Shown piece by piece: positions 26,648 to 35,622 of a DNA stretch of 48,438 nt. The DNA is from a virus. The DNA lies in IMG/VR virus record IMGVR_UViG_3300025530_000003, one strand, 5' to 3'. How positions within the stretch are numbered: position 1 is the stretch's first letter; each line of letters begins with the position of its first letter. The notes below the pieces were generated by a model. That model was not told the origin of the DNA. It saw nothing but the letters and a program-made list of their open reading frames with translations, and did no database searches. A program made the position numbers and the translations under genes.

Positions 26648-28785
26648 TTTACAGGTGGCAACACCTTTCTTTTCTCGCTCCAGTAAGTATCCGAAAATTC
26701 TACTTCGGCAATGATTGGGACACTAATGTTCGGTGCATATTCCATAATCTTTTTGATCTCCCAAATCGCCCAATCTTCAGATGGGTCTGGAACGTGAAAT
26801 TGTAGTTCATCATGCACACACAAAACCATACGTAACTTTAAATTATTGTCTTTGATAAACTTGTCAATTTGAATCATTTTATTCTTTAAATCGTCTGCAC
26901 ACGTACCCTGAATTAAGTAATTTGCCGCTCTGTAGAAATTTCTTGAACTACTAATATAGTATCTTCGTCCAAAAAGGTTTTCTATATATCCCTGTTTACT
27001 CATAGTAGACTCTACGGCTCTTTGATAAGTGACGACTTTCGGGAAAGCATCTGTGTAACCTTTATTCATTGCTTTTGCTTGATCCAATGAAATATCAAGC
27101 GTTTCAGCCGCCATAGCATCTCCGCCGCCGTAGTTCCTCATAAAGTTGAACTGTTTTCCTATCCTTCTCCAGAAAGAAAACTCTTTTTCGTCCATTTCTT
27201 CAGGATTCATTCCCATAATCTTCAGCGCACGTATCGTAGTCGCTGAATGAACATCAGTTGGAATCCACGGCTTACTTGTTTCAGGAACGACCCACGCTGA
27301 CCAACCTTCCTTCAAAAGTTCCTCCCAGTGTTTGTCCGTTGGTGCTCCCGGCTTCATCTCATTCCATCGATTCCTTCCATATTCAGTTTCATGGTCGAAA
27401 ATTTCGCCTGTTTCATAGTGGACACACTTGAACGGCATATACGCTCGACAAAGGTTAATATCACCACCGAAGTACATAGTATAGTGCGCTTGAACACGTA
27501 ATTCGACCTGTGAGAAGTCCAGATAATATCCTCGTAGTTTAAAGGCTCGTCTAGGGTTAAATATTTCATTTCCCTTGTCGTCAAAGATCGCATCTCGTGG
27601 AAACTGTTGTGCATCGCCCGAAAATCTCCCGGAAACTGGATTGAATTGGTTCATCGATGAGTAAAATTTTCCGTCATATTCGGATACGTCAAGGATTCGT
27701 TCAATATATGTCGCTTTCCATTTTTCTAATCTACGTAACTTTATGATCGTATCCGCCAACTTGTCTCCTTCAGCCGCCATCTTTTTCATAAAAGACTTGT
27801 CTGTTGACGAAGGTTTGTATCCCAAACGATCTTCGTATATATCTTTGATAACTTCATGTTGCCCGACTGTAAACTTCTGTCCGGCGAGTTCATGCATTTT
27901 CATTTGAAGTTCATAAATATAATCTTCCACCAATTCGAGAGATTTCTTCAAATACTCCCGATCCACCGGAATTCCTTGACGTTCCATCTCCCATACTACT
28001 GGAAGAAGTTCAAATTCTTTGTTGAGTATCTTCCACTGCTTCCTGAAGGTTATCACAGGTGTTGATTTTTCAATCAAAATATCTGTGAGAATCCCGTCTG
28101 ATGCTACGTAAGGTGTAATAATGTCTATTGGAACGTCTGCATACGTTGGTTCTGGATAAGCATTTCGCCATTCCCGAAAAACGTTCATGACTTCTTCAGG
28201 AATCGGCTCCGTACTTTTATTCATTGCATTTTCCAATCTTGTAATCGTCCAACCAAACGGGCGAAGCATAGCTGAAAGAACTTTATGGTCTGACGTTCTT
28301 TTCTTCCTCATCCACGATATGACCGCTTTTTCATAACGATCTGCGGTCGCATCGATGTATTTGTTTCCAATCGCTTTCAGTTTTAACGTATCTCCACCGT
28401 ATCTAGTGCTTAACGCTTCAAAAGACAATCGACAAAAACCCATCGTATCGCCTAACTTCTTGAATCGCCTACCATACAAATCATCACCAAGTTTATTAGC
28501 TGCCATATGTAAGTCATAGTTGATGTTGTGATTCACCAAAAACCCAACTTGATTCGCTAAATTCACGAGTTCCAATAGGTTTTCTTCAGTTGCTGGAAAG
28601 ACGTAAGACTGACCTTTCCAAGTAAACGAACCTATTGTGGGCAAGTCCTTTTTGAGATGCAATCCTGTTGTCTCGAAATCGACAACGCACCATTTCGGCT
28701 GATCTTTCTTCAGATGGTCTCGAATATCTCTCAAGTAGTCGACGCTATTCACGTTATATTTATAATCGCCCATCTGTATAATCAT
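26644..28785 (-). CDS. Family A DNA polymerase with a 3'-5' exonuclease domain
   Basis: Exo I VVDFETTGL and Exo II NHNINYDL. Pol motif A DFSQVELRV, motif B RRIGKQFNFMRNYGG and motif C CVHDEL. Confidence 0.9.
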   Translation of the reverse strand: MIIQMGDYKYNVNSVDYLRDIRDHLKKDQPKWCVVDFETTGLHLKKDLPTIGSFTWKGQSYVFPATEENLLELVNLANQVGFLVNHNINYDLHMAANKLGDDLYGRRFKKLGDTMGFCRLSFEALSTRYGGDTLKLKAIGNKYIDATADRYEKAVISWMRKKRTSDHKVLSAMLRPFGWTITRLENAMNKSTEPIPEEVMNVFREWRNAYPEPTYADVPIDIITPYVASDGILTDILIEKSTPVITFRKQWKILNKEFELLPVVWEMERQGIPVDREYLKKSLELVEDYIYELQMKMHELAGQKFTVGQHEVIKDIYEDRLGYKPSSTDKSFMKKMAAEGDKLADTIIKLRRLEKWKATYIERILDVSEYDGKFYSSMNQFNPVSGRFSGDAQQFPRDAIFDDKGNEIFNPRRAFKLRGYYLDFSQVELRVQAHYTMYFGGDINLCRAYMPFKCVHYETGEIFDHETEYGRNRWNEMKPGAPTDKHWEELLKEGWSAWVVPETSKPWIPTDVHSATTIRALKIMGMNPEEMDEKEFSFWRRIGKQFNFMRNYGGGDAMAAETLDISLDQAKAMNKGYTDAFPKVVTYQRAVESTMSKQGYIENLFGRRYYISSSRNFYRAANYLIQGTCADDLKNKMIQIDKFIKDNNLKLRMVLCVHDELQFHVPDPSEDWAIWEIKKIMEYAPNISVPIIAEVEFSDTYWSEKRKVLPPVK

Positions 28786-31628
28786 ACTGTCCTACCTCCT
28801 TTTTGAGTTAATGGTTGTATATAGGTTTGAGTATCAATTTTTCTGTAAGCATCGATAGCTTTCCTTAACCTTCTTGTTGGCATAAATCCTTGTGGTGTTG
28901 CCGTTATTAAATAATTGGATGATAACTTATTGATAAGTTCGTTAAATGAGTCATTGTCCATACCGGATACGGCTTGCAGGTTGTACCTTGGGTAAGGTGT
29001 TGTTGTTTGGAGAATGTTCCGGAAAAATGATGCGTTTGTTCGGATCAGACCTGCTACAAGATTATTCACTGCTTCGTTCGTTTCATTCTTAATTCTCTGA
29101 TCCTGAACATATTCTCGAAGTCGAAAGATAGGATTATCGTAACAATCCCGTAAGAACTTTGATGCCCAATCCACATGTTCTTTTTCGACTACAATACATT
29201 CTCCAGATTCATCAGAACTGAAACATGCTCCGGCGCAAGCTACCGCTACCCTTGCGAGCTTCTTCCACGCTTCCGCCCCGAAAAATTTGATGTCTGTATT
29301 GTACGCTTCGTTCAGTTCCTGCGATACTTGCCATATATATTCTTCTACCCCCTCTCCCCAAAGGATTTGATCTGCGTTTCTACTCCACACCCAATGAATT
29401 AATCTTCTATATAATTCTGAATCATGTGCCTTCATCGGTGCTTCTTCGATTGGAGAATATATTTTAGTTTCAGCTACAAGTACGATGAAATCGAATCTTG
29501 CTATATCTTCAGTCGCACCAACTAAATCAAGCACGATTTGAACACCTGTTGGATAATCTTCTACGGGAAGATTCTTACCCTCATGATTTTTACGAGGGTT
29601 GCTGATCCACAGAAGTCTTGTCATAGCGGGCGCCTTACCTTTTACAATCTTGCTTACTGTAGCAATCCCGGACGATCTCATATCTGTAAGGGATGCGATA
29701 ACGTCCAGACTGCAATCTGACATCTCATCCAGAACGACCAGACCTTTGTTATTTCTTGGAATTGTTCCCCAAGATACTCGAAAACCTCCGTTCGGTAGCT
29801 TGTCCGCTCCGCCAAGAAGTCCGGCTGTTGTTGCTCTCTTAACAGATACAAAGTTTCCGATTCCGTAGTATCTCTGAAGCATTTCTGCCGTTTTGGACTT
29901 ACCTGTTCGGGTATCACCGACAATCAATCCTTCAGGGTATCCTTTCTCTACCTTTCCCCTGAATTTGAACTGAAGTGGGGAATGGTACATGAGATCAACG
30001 GCATATACGATCATTTCAGGTGCGAAATTTCCGACAATATCTTTTGCCATAAGCGCTCGCTTATACATCATATCTTTCGGATTTCCCTGAAAGACTTTCA
30101 ACGATTCCCGAATTTCTTCAGTCATGCGAAATGTATTTATAGCATTATCGGATTCTTCGACTTTATCTACAACCATATAAACCCGCTGACCATCCAGCGG
30201 ATGAGCGTATGTGCGGAAATATACTCTATACCTCAAACCATCTTCTAAAGCATGTCCAACAATATAAGCATATTGTTCCGTTGCTCTGAATCCGGACAAT
30301 ATATCTTCAGTTTCAACGTCCGGTGTAAAGATCACTTTGTAAACTTCTTTTCGGGTTCTGATCTCGAAATCTCCATTCGGACATTTGTCTGGAAACCCTA
30401 TTATTTTTCGCAAATTCTTTGTTTGTTGCGCTTTGGTAGAACATTTGTCTACCAGCATCATAACATCTCCCAAATTATCATCATCCAACGTCCACCATCC
30501 GGAAAATGAATCGTCCCTGTTTCCTCTTAGTGGACAATGGTGACATGGTGAGTTTCCTTCCAGAATCGGCTTTTTGCATACCCACCGTACCAGTGACGGT
30601 GTTTGCATTGCTGCATCGTATTTACCTGAAAGAACAACCCTGCTACTGATTCTTCTACCTGCATACTTCCCTTGTGGTACTTCCCATAGGTTGACGAGTG
30701 GATAATGCTTTTCCTTATCTTCGACGAAATCTTCAGGTGTATAGGGGATTGACTGTTCGATACATCGTTGAATATCTTCTGCCGTATAACCACGCTTGAC
30801 AACTGCATCTGTCAAGTCTTTTTCATCTTTGGAGCCACTTAATCCAAGATTTACGATGCGGACATCGGCTCCGGCTTCGTGCAGGTAAAACGCAACAGTT
30901 CTTGTCGCTTTCTTTCCAGCGTCATCTTCGTCATAACAGATGTAAACCGTTTTCCCTTTGAACATTCCCACAAACATTTTTGGGAATGATCCTTCGCCAC
31001 CTGTGACGCACACTGCGTTGAATCCTAATTGCCGGGCGAGTAAACAATCGTTCTCTCCAGCTACCAGCAAAGTTGGGCGTTCGTCCTGTATCCAATGATC
31101 GAATGGGAATAGTAGCGGTGAAGCACCTTTTCGGGATCGCATTTTCGGACGTTCATTCGGCATGTATGTGCGAACGTCACAAAGAACTCCGTGGATAAAA
31201 ACAGGATACCCTATACCATCGCCAGAATATCCAAGTTTATACTTACGTATAGTGTCTATAGTAATTCCACGGCTTTTCAAGTATTCGATATAATCTTGAC
31301 CCAACCTGTGCAAATTTTCGACAGCACGTTCCCAAATTTCTTCGTCATCGTGATCGGACTCTATAGTTACCAGTTTTGCAGCTTGTTCATATGGGATATT
31401 GTATATCTGCGAAACAAATCCGATTTCTGATAGACCTCCGTCACTAAACCTTCCTTCTGCCTGACAAGTTTTGCAGTGGAATAATCCTTTCGATGGGTTA
31501 ATATGTGCGGATGGACGAGTTTCATAACCTTTTGAATGCGGAAACGGGCAAAGTACTGGAATCTCGCCCTGTGAGTTCGCTTCAGGCAATGCTTGACGTT
31601 TAGAGAAAAACGATTCCAGAAACCTCAT
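28782..31628 (-). CDS. Fusion of a DnaG-type primase (zinc finger plus TOPRIM) with an MCM-like AAA+ helicase
   Basis: CPFPH...HCKTCQ zinc finger. TOPRIM motifs LLVAGENDC and YDEDDAGKK. Walker A GDTRTGKSKT, TTAGLLGG and Walker B VVLDEMSD resemble MCM core spacing. Confidence 0.7.
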   Translation of the reverse strand: MRFLESFFSKRQALPEANSQGEIPVLCPFPHSKGYETRPSAHINPSKGLFHCKTCQAEGRFSDGGLSEIGFVSQIYNIPYEQAAKLVTIESDHDDEEIWERAVENLHRLGQDYIEYLKSRGITIDTIRKYKLGYSGDGIGYPVFIHGVLCDVRTYMPNERPKMRSRKGASPLLFPFDHWIQDERPTLLVAGENDCLLARQLGFNAVCVTGGEGSFPKMFVGMFKGKTVYICYDEDDAGKKATRTVAFYLHEAGADVRIVNLGLSGSKDEKDLTDAVVKRGYTAEDIQRCIEQSIPYTPEDFVEDKEKHYPLVNLWEVPQGKYAGRRISSRVVLSGKYDAAMQTPSLVRWVCKKPILEGNSPCHHCPLRGNRDDSFSGWWTLDDDNLGDVMMLVDKCSTKAQQTKNLRKIIGFPDKCPNGDFEIRTRKEVYKVIFTPDVETEDILSGFRATEQYAYIVGHALEDGLRYRVYFRTYAHPLDGQRVYMVVDKVEESDNAINTFRMTEEIRESLKVFQGNPKDMMYKRALMAKDIVGNFAPEMIVYAVDLMYHSPLQFKFRGKVEKGYPEGLIVGDTRTGKSKTAEMLQRYYGIGNFVSVKRATTAGLLGGADKLPNGGFRVSWGTIPRNNKGLVVLDEMSDCSLDVIASLTDMRSSGIATVSKIVKGKAPAMTRLLWISNPRKNHEGKNLPVEDYPTGVQIVLDLVGATEDIARFDFIVLVAETKIYSPIEEAPMKAHDSELYRRLIHWVWSRNADQILWGEGVEEYIWQVSQELNEAYNTDIKFFGAEAWKKLARVAVACAGACFSSDESGECIVVEKEHVDWASKFLRDCYDNPIFRLREYVQDQRIKNETNEAVNNLVAGLIRTNASFFRNILQTTTPYPRYNLQAVSGMDNDSFNELINKLSSNYLITATPQGFMPTRRLRKAIDAYRKIDTQTYIQPLTQKGGRTV

Positions 31629-31673
31629 AACTTCTTTTCTCCTTTCCCATCTTGCCCTCCTTGAGAGGATGTT

Positions 31674-31702
31674 ATTATATCATCGTACCCACCACAGGTG
31701 GT
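31674..31702 (-). promoter_or_regulatory. Extended -10 promoter candidate upstream of the primase-helicase gene (TGaTATAAT)
   Basis: The reverse complement of 31674-31682 reads TGATATAAT. The -35 element is poor. Confidence 0.3.
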
Positions 31703-31749
31703 TTATTTCCGAACAGATGCGGATACTTTGATTTTAATAACACCTTCTC

Positions 31750-31780
31750 AAAGGGGCAAGTCGCCCCTTTGCTATTTATT
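31750..31780. terminator. Stem-loop or terminator-like hairpin (AAAGGGGC / GCCCCTTT)
   Basis: 8-bp GC-rich stem with a 5-nt loop. The T-rich run is better on the + strand than on the - strand. Confidence 0.35.
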
Positions 31781-32012
31781 CGTTCGGAAAGTCATCCTGC
31801 ATTTTCGGAACGTCCGATACAGTATTTTCTTCCACCACATTTTTCGATAAAATCGAACCTTTGATTGCAATAGATGCGATTTCTTTACGAACTTCTTTCA
31901 AGTTATTTTCAGCTTCCTCCAGCTTCTTCATCGCTTTCAACAACTTCTTGTAGCAAGATTGTTCCTTTTTTACGAGTTCCTTCAACCGTTTACTGTAATT
32001 TTCCATTCTCAC
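31776..32012 (-). CDS. Hypothetical coiled-coil protein
   Basis: 78 aa and K/E-rich, with an RBS present. Confidence 0.45.
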   Translation of the reverse strand: MRMENYSKRLKELVKKEQSCYKKLLKAMKKLEEAENNLKEVRKEIASIAIKGSILSKNVVEENTVSDVPKMQDDFPNE

Positions 32013-32027
32013 TCAACTCTCCTTTAA

Positions 32028-32525
32028 TTATTCTTCCCACGGAGGTTTTATGTCGCCTTGCTCAACAAACGGGAAATCCTCGTCTGGAATATTGAATGGA
32101 TTTCCTGCCGGACCGCCATGTTCAGGGTTTCCGTTATATTCTACAGAAGCCGGCATGTAACGATTTACACGCTCCCTATTTTCTCCCTGATATTTTTCAT
32201 GGACAACTTTTACTCGAACGGGTTTGAATTTGATTGCTTGTGCGAAGTCAGAGATGTCATCGAACGTTGTTCCTTCTGGAAAACCAATTGCTTTTGACAC
32301 TTGATTGAATTTGAACATCGCTTTCGGAGACGCTACAAGGTTATCGAACAATTTACGCTTTGCTCCTTCTTGATTTACATCGTGGCGAATGGTGAGTGTT
32401 ACCTTCAGCCCTTCTGATCCAGTAGAGAATGTTGTTTTCTCTACTTCTGAAATAATGCACTCATACTCTCCTTCTGGAACAATTTCAAAGTCTACGTTCT
32501 CGTAATTTGTCGTGAAAAAAGACAT
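32028..32525 (-). CDS. DUF669-family protein (putative ssDNA-binding protein) with an SSB-like acidic DEDFPF motif
   Basis: The N-terminus MSFFTTNYENVDFEIVPEGEYECII is typical of DUF669. NIPDEDFPF near the C-terminus resembles the SSB tail. Confidence 0.55.
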   Translation of the reverse strand: MSFFTTNYENVDFEIVPEGEYECIISEVEKTTFSTGSEGLKVTLTIRHDVNQEGAKRKLFDNLVASPKAMFKFNQVSKAIGFPEGTTFDDISDFAQAIKFKPVRVKVVHEKYQGENRERVNRYMPASVEYNGNPEHGGPAGNPFNIPDEDFPFVEQGDIKPPWEE

Positions 32526-32589
32526 TTTAAATTCCTCCTTTGTTAATAGGTGTTTTTACCATATATTATATATGATATTGGATATAAAA

Positions 32590-33402
32590 TCAAGAAGATT
32601 TTTCATCGTCTTTAAATTCACCGTTGAGCATGGCGAATACTTCAGACCATTTCGGATTCCAGATGATTTTCGGAATCTTCGGACGGTTACGAGGATGAAC
32701 TCTTGCTTCTGCGTGAATGATACCATCGTTAAGGGTATAGATACCACGGGCAACTTGTTCAGGGTTTTTGGGATTCGTCTTTTTGAACATGTAGAACATC
32801 GCATCTACCGCTGAACCGATCCGTGGTGCTGCATATTTTCCTTGTAACATAAGTTGTGTTGCAATAGCTTGACCGAACTCGTTCGTTACCTGCATGTCAT
32901 GTCCGATCCATAAAGCATTGATCGGACGATCTCCACGTTTGGACATAGCTTGCCAATCACGAATTTCTTGGATTTCTCGATCCTGTAAGTCTTGCCAGTC
33001 GGACTGCGCTCCAAACTTATTGCCAATTTCACGTTTACGATTCGGTGCAAACGTATCGACAACCCAACGTTTGATCAATTCTTCCATACGAGTGAAGCTG
33101 TCGATGACATAAAGATCGAAGTCCATCTTCAGTTCTCCGCCGGGATATTTGAACACACCCCGGTCAACTCCTTCTTTAACTGCAAGGTATTCCTCAAAGC
33201 TGTCAACACCTATGATGGTGATATGATCTGATCCTTCAATAACTGTTGAATTCTTGTCCAAGTCGATCAGACATATTTTTATACTTGGATCGTTTGCAAG
33301 CGTTGATGTTTTTCCAACAAGTGGCGGCCCATAAAGAACAACAACTTTACCAGATTTGTTTGTGGTTGTATTTGTTCCGGGTTTACGAACTACAAATGCC
33401 AT
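32590..33402 (-). CDS. Sak4-like / AAA_24 RecA-fold ATPase (recombination mediator)
   Basis: Walker A YGPPLVGKTS and Walker B-like LYVIDSF, adjacent to DUF669 and a nuclease. Confidence 0.6.
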   Translation of the reverse strand: MAFVVRKPGTNTTTNKSGKVVVLYGPPLVGKTSTLANDPSIKICLIDLDKNSTVIEGSDHITIIGVDSFEEYLAVKEGVDRGVFKYPGGELKMDFDLYVIDSFTRMEELIKRWVVDTFAPNRKREIGNKFGAQSDWQDLQDREIQEIRDWQAMSKRGDRPINALWIGHDMQVTNEFGQAIATQLMLQGKYAAPRIGSAVDAMFYMFKKTNPKNPEQVARGIYTLNDGIIHAEARVHPRNRPKIPKIIWNPKWSEVFAMLNGEFKDDEKSS

Positions 33403-33409
33403 TTGATCA

Positions 33410-34528
33410 TCAATCCTCCTGTGAATCTTCTACATCAAAAAACATATCTATGAGGGATTCTGTATCTGATCCATCCATGTCAGACAGACATAATCCTTCA
33501 AATGGACAATCCCACGAACAATCATCTGTAACATTACGATATATAGGGTCGTAAGACATTTTGTAAATATCCCCCGATTCAATCGACTTTTTAATCGAAC
33601 TACTTTCCACCGCCACAGAAAACAATTCTTGAATCGAATTTTCTATTTCCTCTGTGTGACAGTAAACAGGAATTCTTCTGAAGAATTTATTTCCGAATTG
33701 ACTCTCTTGTGCCAGAAGGTGTTCCAACATCTCTTGATACTTCGGTTCAGCATCTCCATCTTTCGTTGCCAGACCATGGTCGATCAAAGCCTTCAGATAA
33801 ACGCTGTAAGTCGTGTCTTGCGACTTATTTACTGATAAACCCCCCTTCTTTAACAGTTCGGGAACTTTTGGAGCTTTACGTGCGACAATATCATAGATGA
33901 ATCGGTCAGGTTTGTTTGGCAATCCCTTGAACCATTCAATTTCGGATACAGGTTTCCAATCATCGCCTTCCAATATGAAACCTTCTCCAGTAAGTAATTG
34001 TTGGATTGCCCAGAAGTATCTGCGAATCTGCATATCCATTTTTGCACGTTTGACATATTTTTCAGGCGAATTTGATGTTTTGTAATCTTTAAAACATAGT
34101 TTGCCGTCATAGTCGATATACAGTAAATCAACAGTGCCAGTAAAAACGATGTCGTGTATCAACGGGATAGCGAATGTGAATTCCGTAGCAAGAACTCTTG
34201 ATACATCGTCTTTTTCAGACCAATAATTAACATAATTTTCGGTTACTTCTGAAACCAGTTCCCACAGATCGTCCAGTTCTGTTTGTTCCATAGTATCCAC
34301 GTTTGCTTCGTTGAACATACTCTTCATTGCAACGAATCCTGAAGTCTTACACTTCCCGTTCTTGTAGTATTCTTCAACAAATTTGTGAAACAGGTTTCCA
34401 AATAACAGTTTATCATCTGTACGTTTGGGAACCAACTTATCCACCCATCTCCACTTCCAACGCTTGCGACATCTGAGGAAGTCCTGTGCTTCACTTCCCC
34501 GAATCAGATTAGCATTCTTCATAACCAT
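33410..34528 (-). CDS. PD-(D/E)xK nuclease, Cas4/RecB-like, with a Cys cluster
   Basis: VDLLYIDYDGKLCFKDYKTS (D...D-x-K), QIRRYFWAIQ, an N-terminal Cys (FLRCRKRW) and the C-terminal CSWDCPFEGLC. Confidence 0.7.
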   Translation of the reverse strand: MVMKNANLIRGSEAQDFLRCRKRWKWRWVDKLVPKRTDDKLLFGNLFHKFVEEYYKNGKCKTSGFVAMKSMFNEANVDTMEQTELDDLWELVSEVTENYVNYWSEKDDVSRVLATEFTFAIPLIHDIVFTGTVDLLYIDYDGKLCFKDYKTSNSPEKYVKRAKMDMQIRRYFWAIQQLLTGEGFILEGDDWKPVSEIEWFKGLPNKPDRFIYDIVARKAPKVPELLKKGGLSVNKSQDTTYSVYLKALIDHGLATKDGDAEPKYQEMLEHLLAQESQFGNKFFRRIPVYCHTEEIENSIQELFSVAVESSSIKKSIESGDIYKMSYDPIYRNVTDDCSWDCPFEGLCLSDMDGSDTESLIDMFFDVEDSQED

Positions 34529-34534
34529 TTCAAA

Positions 34535-34711
34535 TCACCCTACAATCTCATACCATTCGCCAGTTTCGACCATCGTCAACCAACGCTCGAACGGTATTCC
34601 GTACCGTTCGTAGATTTTTAATGTTGAGAATACTCTACCTGCAATATCTACCCGGTCATATGGATTCACATATGCATCATACTGACCGCATGGCTTCGGT
34701 TGATTCCCCAT
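34535..34711 (-). CDS. Hypothetical 58-aa protein (not in the ORF track)
   Basis: My translation is MGNQPKPCGQYDAYVNPYDRVDIAGRVFSTLKIYERYGIPFERWLTMVETGEWYEIVG. GAAGGAGG lies upstream. It overlaps the end of the AbrB-like gene. Confidence 0.35.
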   Translation of the reverse strand: MGNQPKPCGQYDAYVNPYDRVDIAGRVFSTLKIYERYGIPFERWLTMVETGEWYEIVG

Positions 34712-34952
34712 ATTTTCTCACAACCTCCTTCGTACAACTTTCACAAATTGCGTATTCTCCAATACGTGTGAGAATTTTATCAGAATCGCAAAAAGTGCAA
34801 TGTTTTGTAGCGTTGTATTTACGGACTCTCAATTCGTTCCCATCAGCAATGATTTCAATATCGTCACCTTCATTGATGTCAAATATTCTTCTCCACTCCA
34901 TCGGGATAACAATTCTCCCGAATTGATCGATCTTTCTAACTACTCCTATCAT
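34677..34952 (-). CDS. AbrB/SpoVT-family DNA-binding protein with a C-terminal zinc ribbon
   Basis: IDQFGRIVIPMEWRRIFDINEGDDIEII (swapped-hairpin AbrB motif), followed by CTFC...CESC. Confidence 0.7.
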   Translation of the reverse strand: MIGVVRKIDQFGRIVIPMEWRRIFDINEGDDIEIIADGNELRVRKYNATKHCTFCDSDKILTRIGEYAICESCTKEVVRKYGESTEAMRSV

Positions 34953-34982
34953 TTTTCATTTTCTCCTTCCTTTGGATATACA

Positions 34983-35276
34983 TCAGGAAATCTGTCTGTG
35001 TTTTAAACCTACGGAACGCATTTTTGATGAAATAGTAAGTCCTCCTTTCATCCTTTCTTGATAAAGTTCATCGAGTGTATCTCGAATACGTTGATTGTGA
35101 TTCATCATAATCAGCAGGGAATCTTTGTACTTATCTTCGATGATTCCCTCCATAACGTATTCTAATGCTTGTTCGATGAGTTTGTCTTCGTCAATGTTTT
35201 CCGCATCCATTTCTGAACCGATCAAAAACATCCGTTCGGAAACGTCTTGTGCCAAATGATCAATATGGAATTTCAT
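34983..35276 (-). CDS. Hypothetical protein
   Basis: 97-aa ORF with GAAGGAGGGG upstream, and a strong promoter upstream. Confidence 0.5.
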   Translation of the reverse strand: MKFHIDHLAQDVSERMFLIGSEMDAENIDEDKLIEQALEYVMEGIIEDKYKDSLLIMMNHNQRIRDTLDELYQERMKGGLTISSKMRSVGLKHRQIS

Positions 35277-35300
35277 TGTATCCCCTCCTTCGCATTATAA

Positions 35301-35330
35301 AGTATACCACATATCACATTAAGTATGCAA
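35301..35330 (-). promoter_or_regulatory. Sigma-A-like promoter (TTGCAT-18 nt-TGgTATACT)
   Basis: The reverse complement reads TTGCAT acttaatgtgatatgtgg TATACT, with a TG extension. Confidence 0.5.
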
Positions 35331-35366
35331 GTAAATAAAATAAAAAATGGCATCAAATGATGCCAA
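35331..35366 (-). terminator. Rho-independent terminator overlapping the stop of the upstream membrane-protein gene
   Basis: On the - strand, GGCATC attt GATGCC is followed by ATTTTTTATTTTATTT. Confidence 0.6.
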
Positions 35367-35616
35367 AAATCATAATTGCATACTTAGCAAACTTCAGGAT
35401 CAAGTCGATGACGGTTAATCCTCCTATTATAAACGTCACTTGATCTGAAAGGTACGCTGCCGTATAGTGTCCCCGGCTTAACAGATGCTTTTTTAACAGT
35501 GCGGATGCTACAGATACGGTGCCGATCACCGCCAGATGTCCAACACCCGGCATAGATGCAAATTCTGTGAGGAAGCGTGTTACATCTTCTCCGATGACTA
35601 ATTTCATACTCATCAC
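35353..35616 (-). CDS. Small membrane protein
   Basis: 87 aa with hydrophobic segments (GVGHLAVIGTVSVASALL, VTFIIGGLTVIDLIL, AIMIFGII). Confidence 0.5.
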   Translation of the reverse strand: MMSMKLVIGEDVTRFLTEFASMPGVGHLAVIGTVSVASALLKKHLLSRGHYTAAYLSDQVTFIIGGLTVIDLILKFAKYAIMIFGII

Positions 35617-35622
35617 GCTCCT

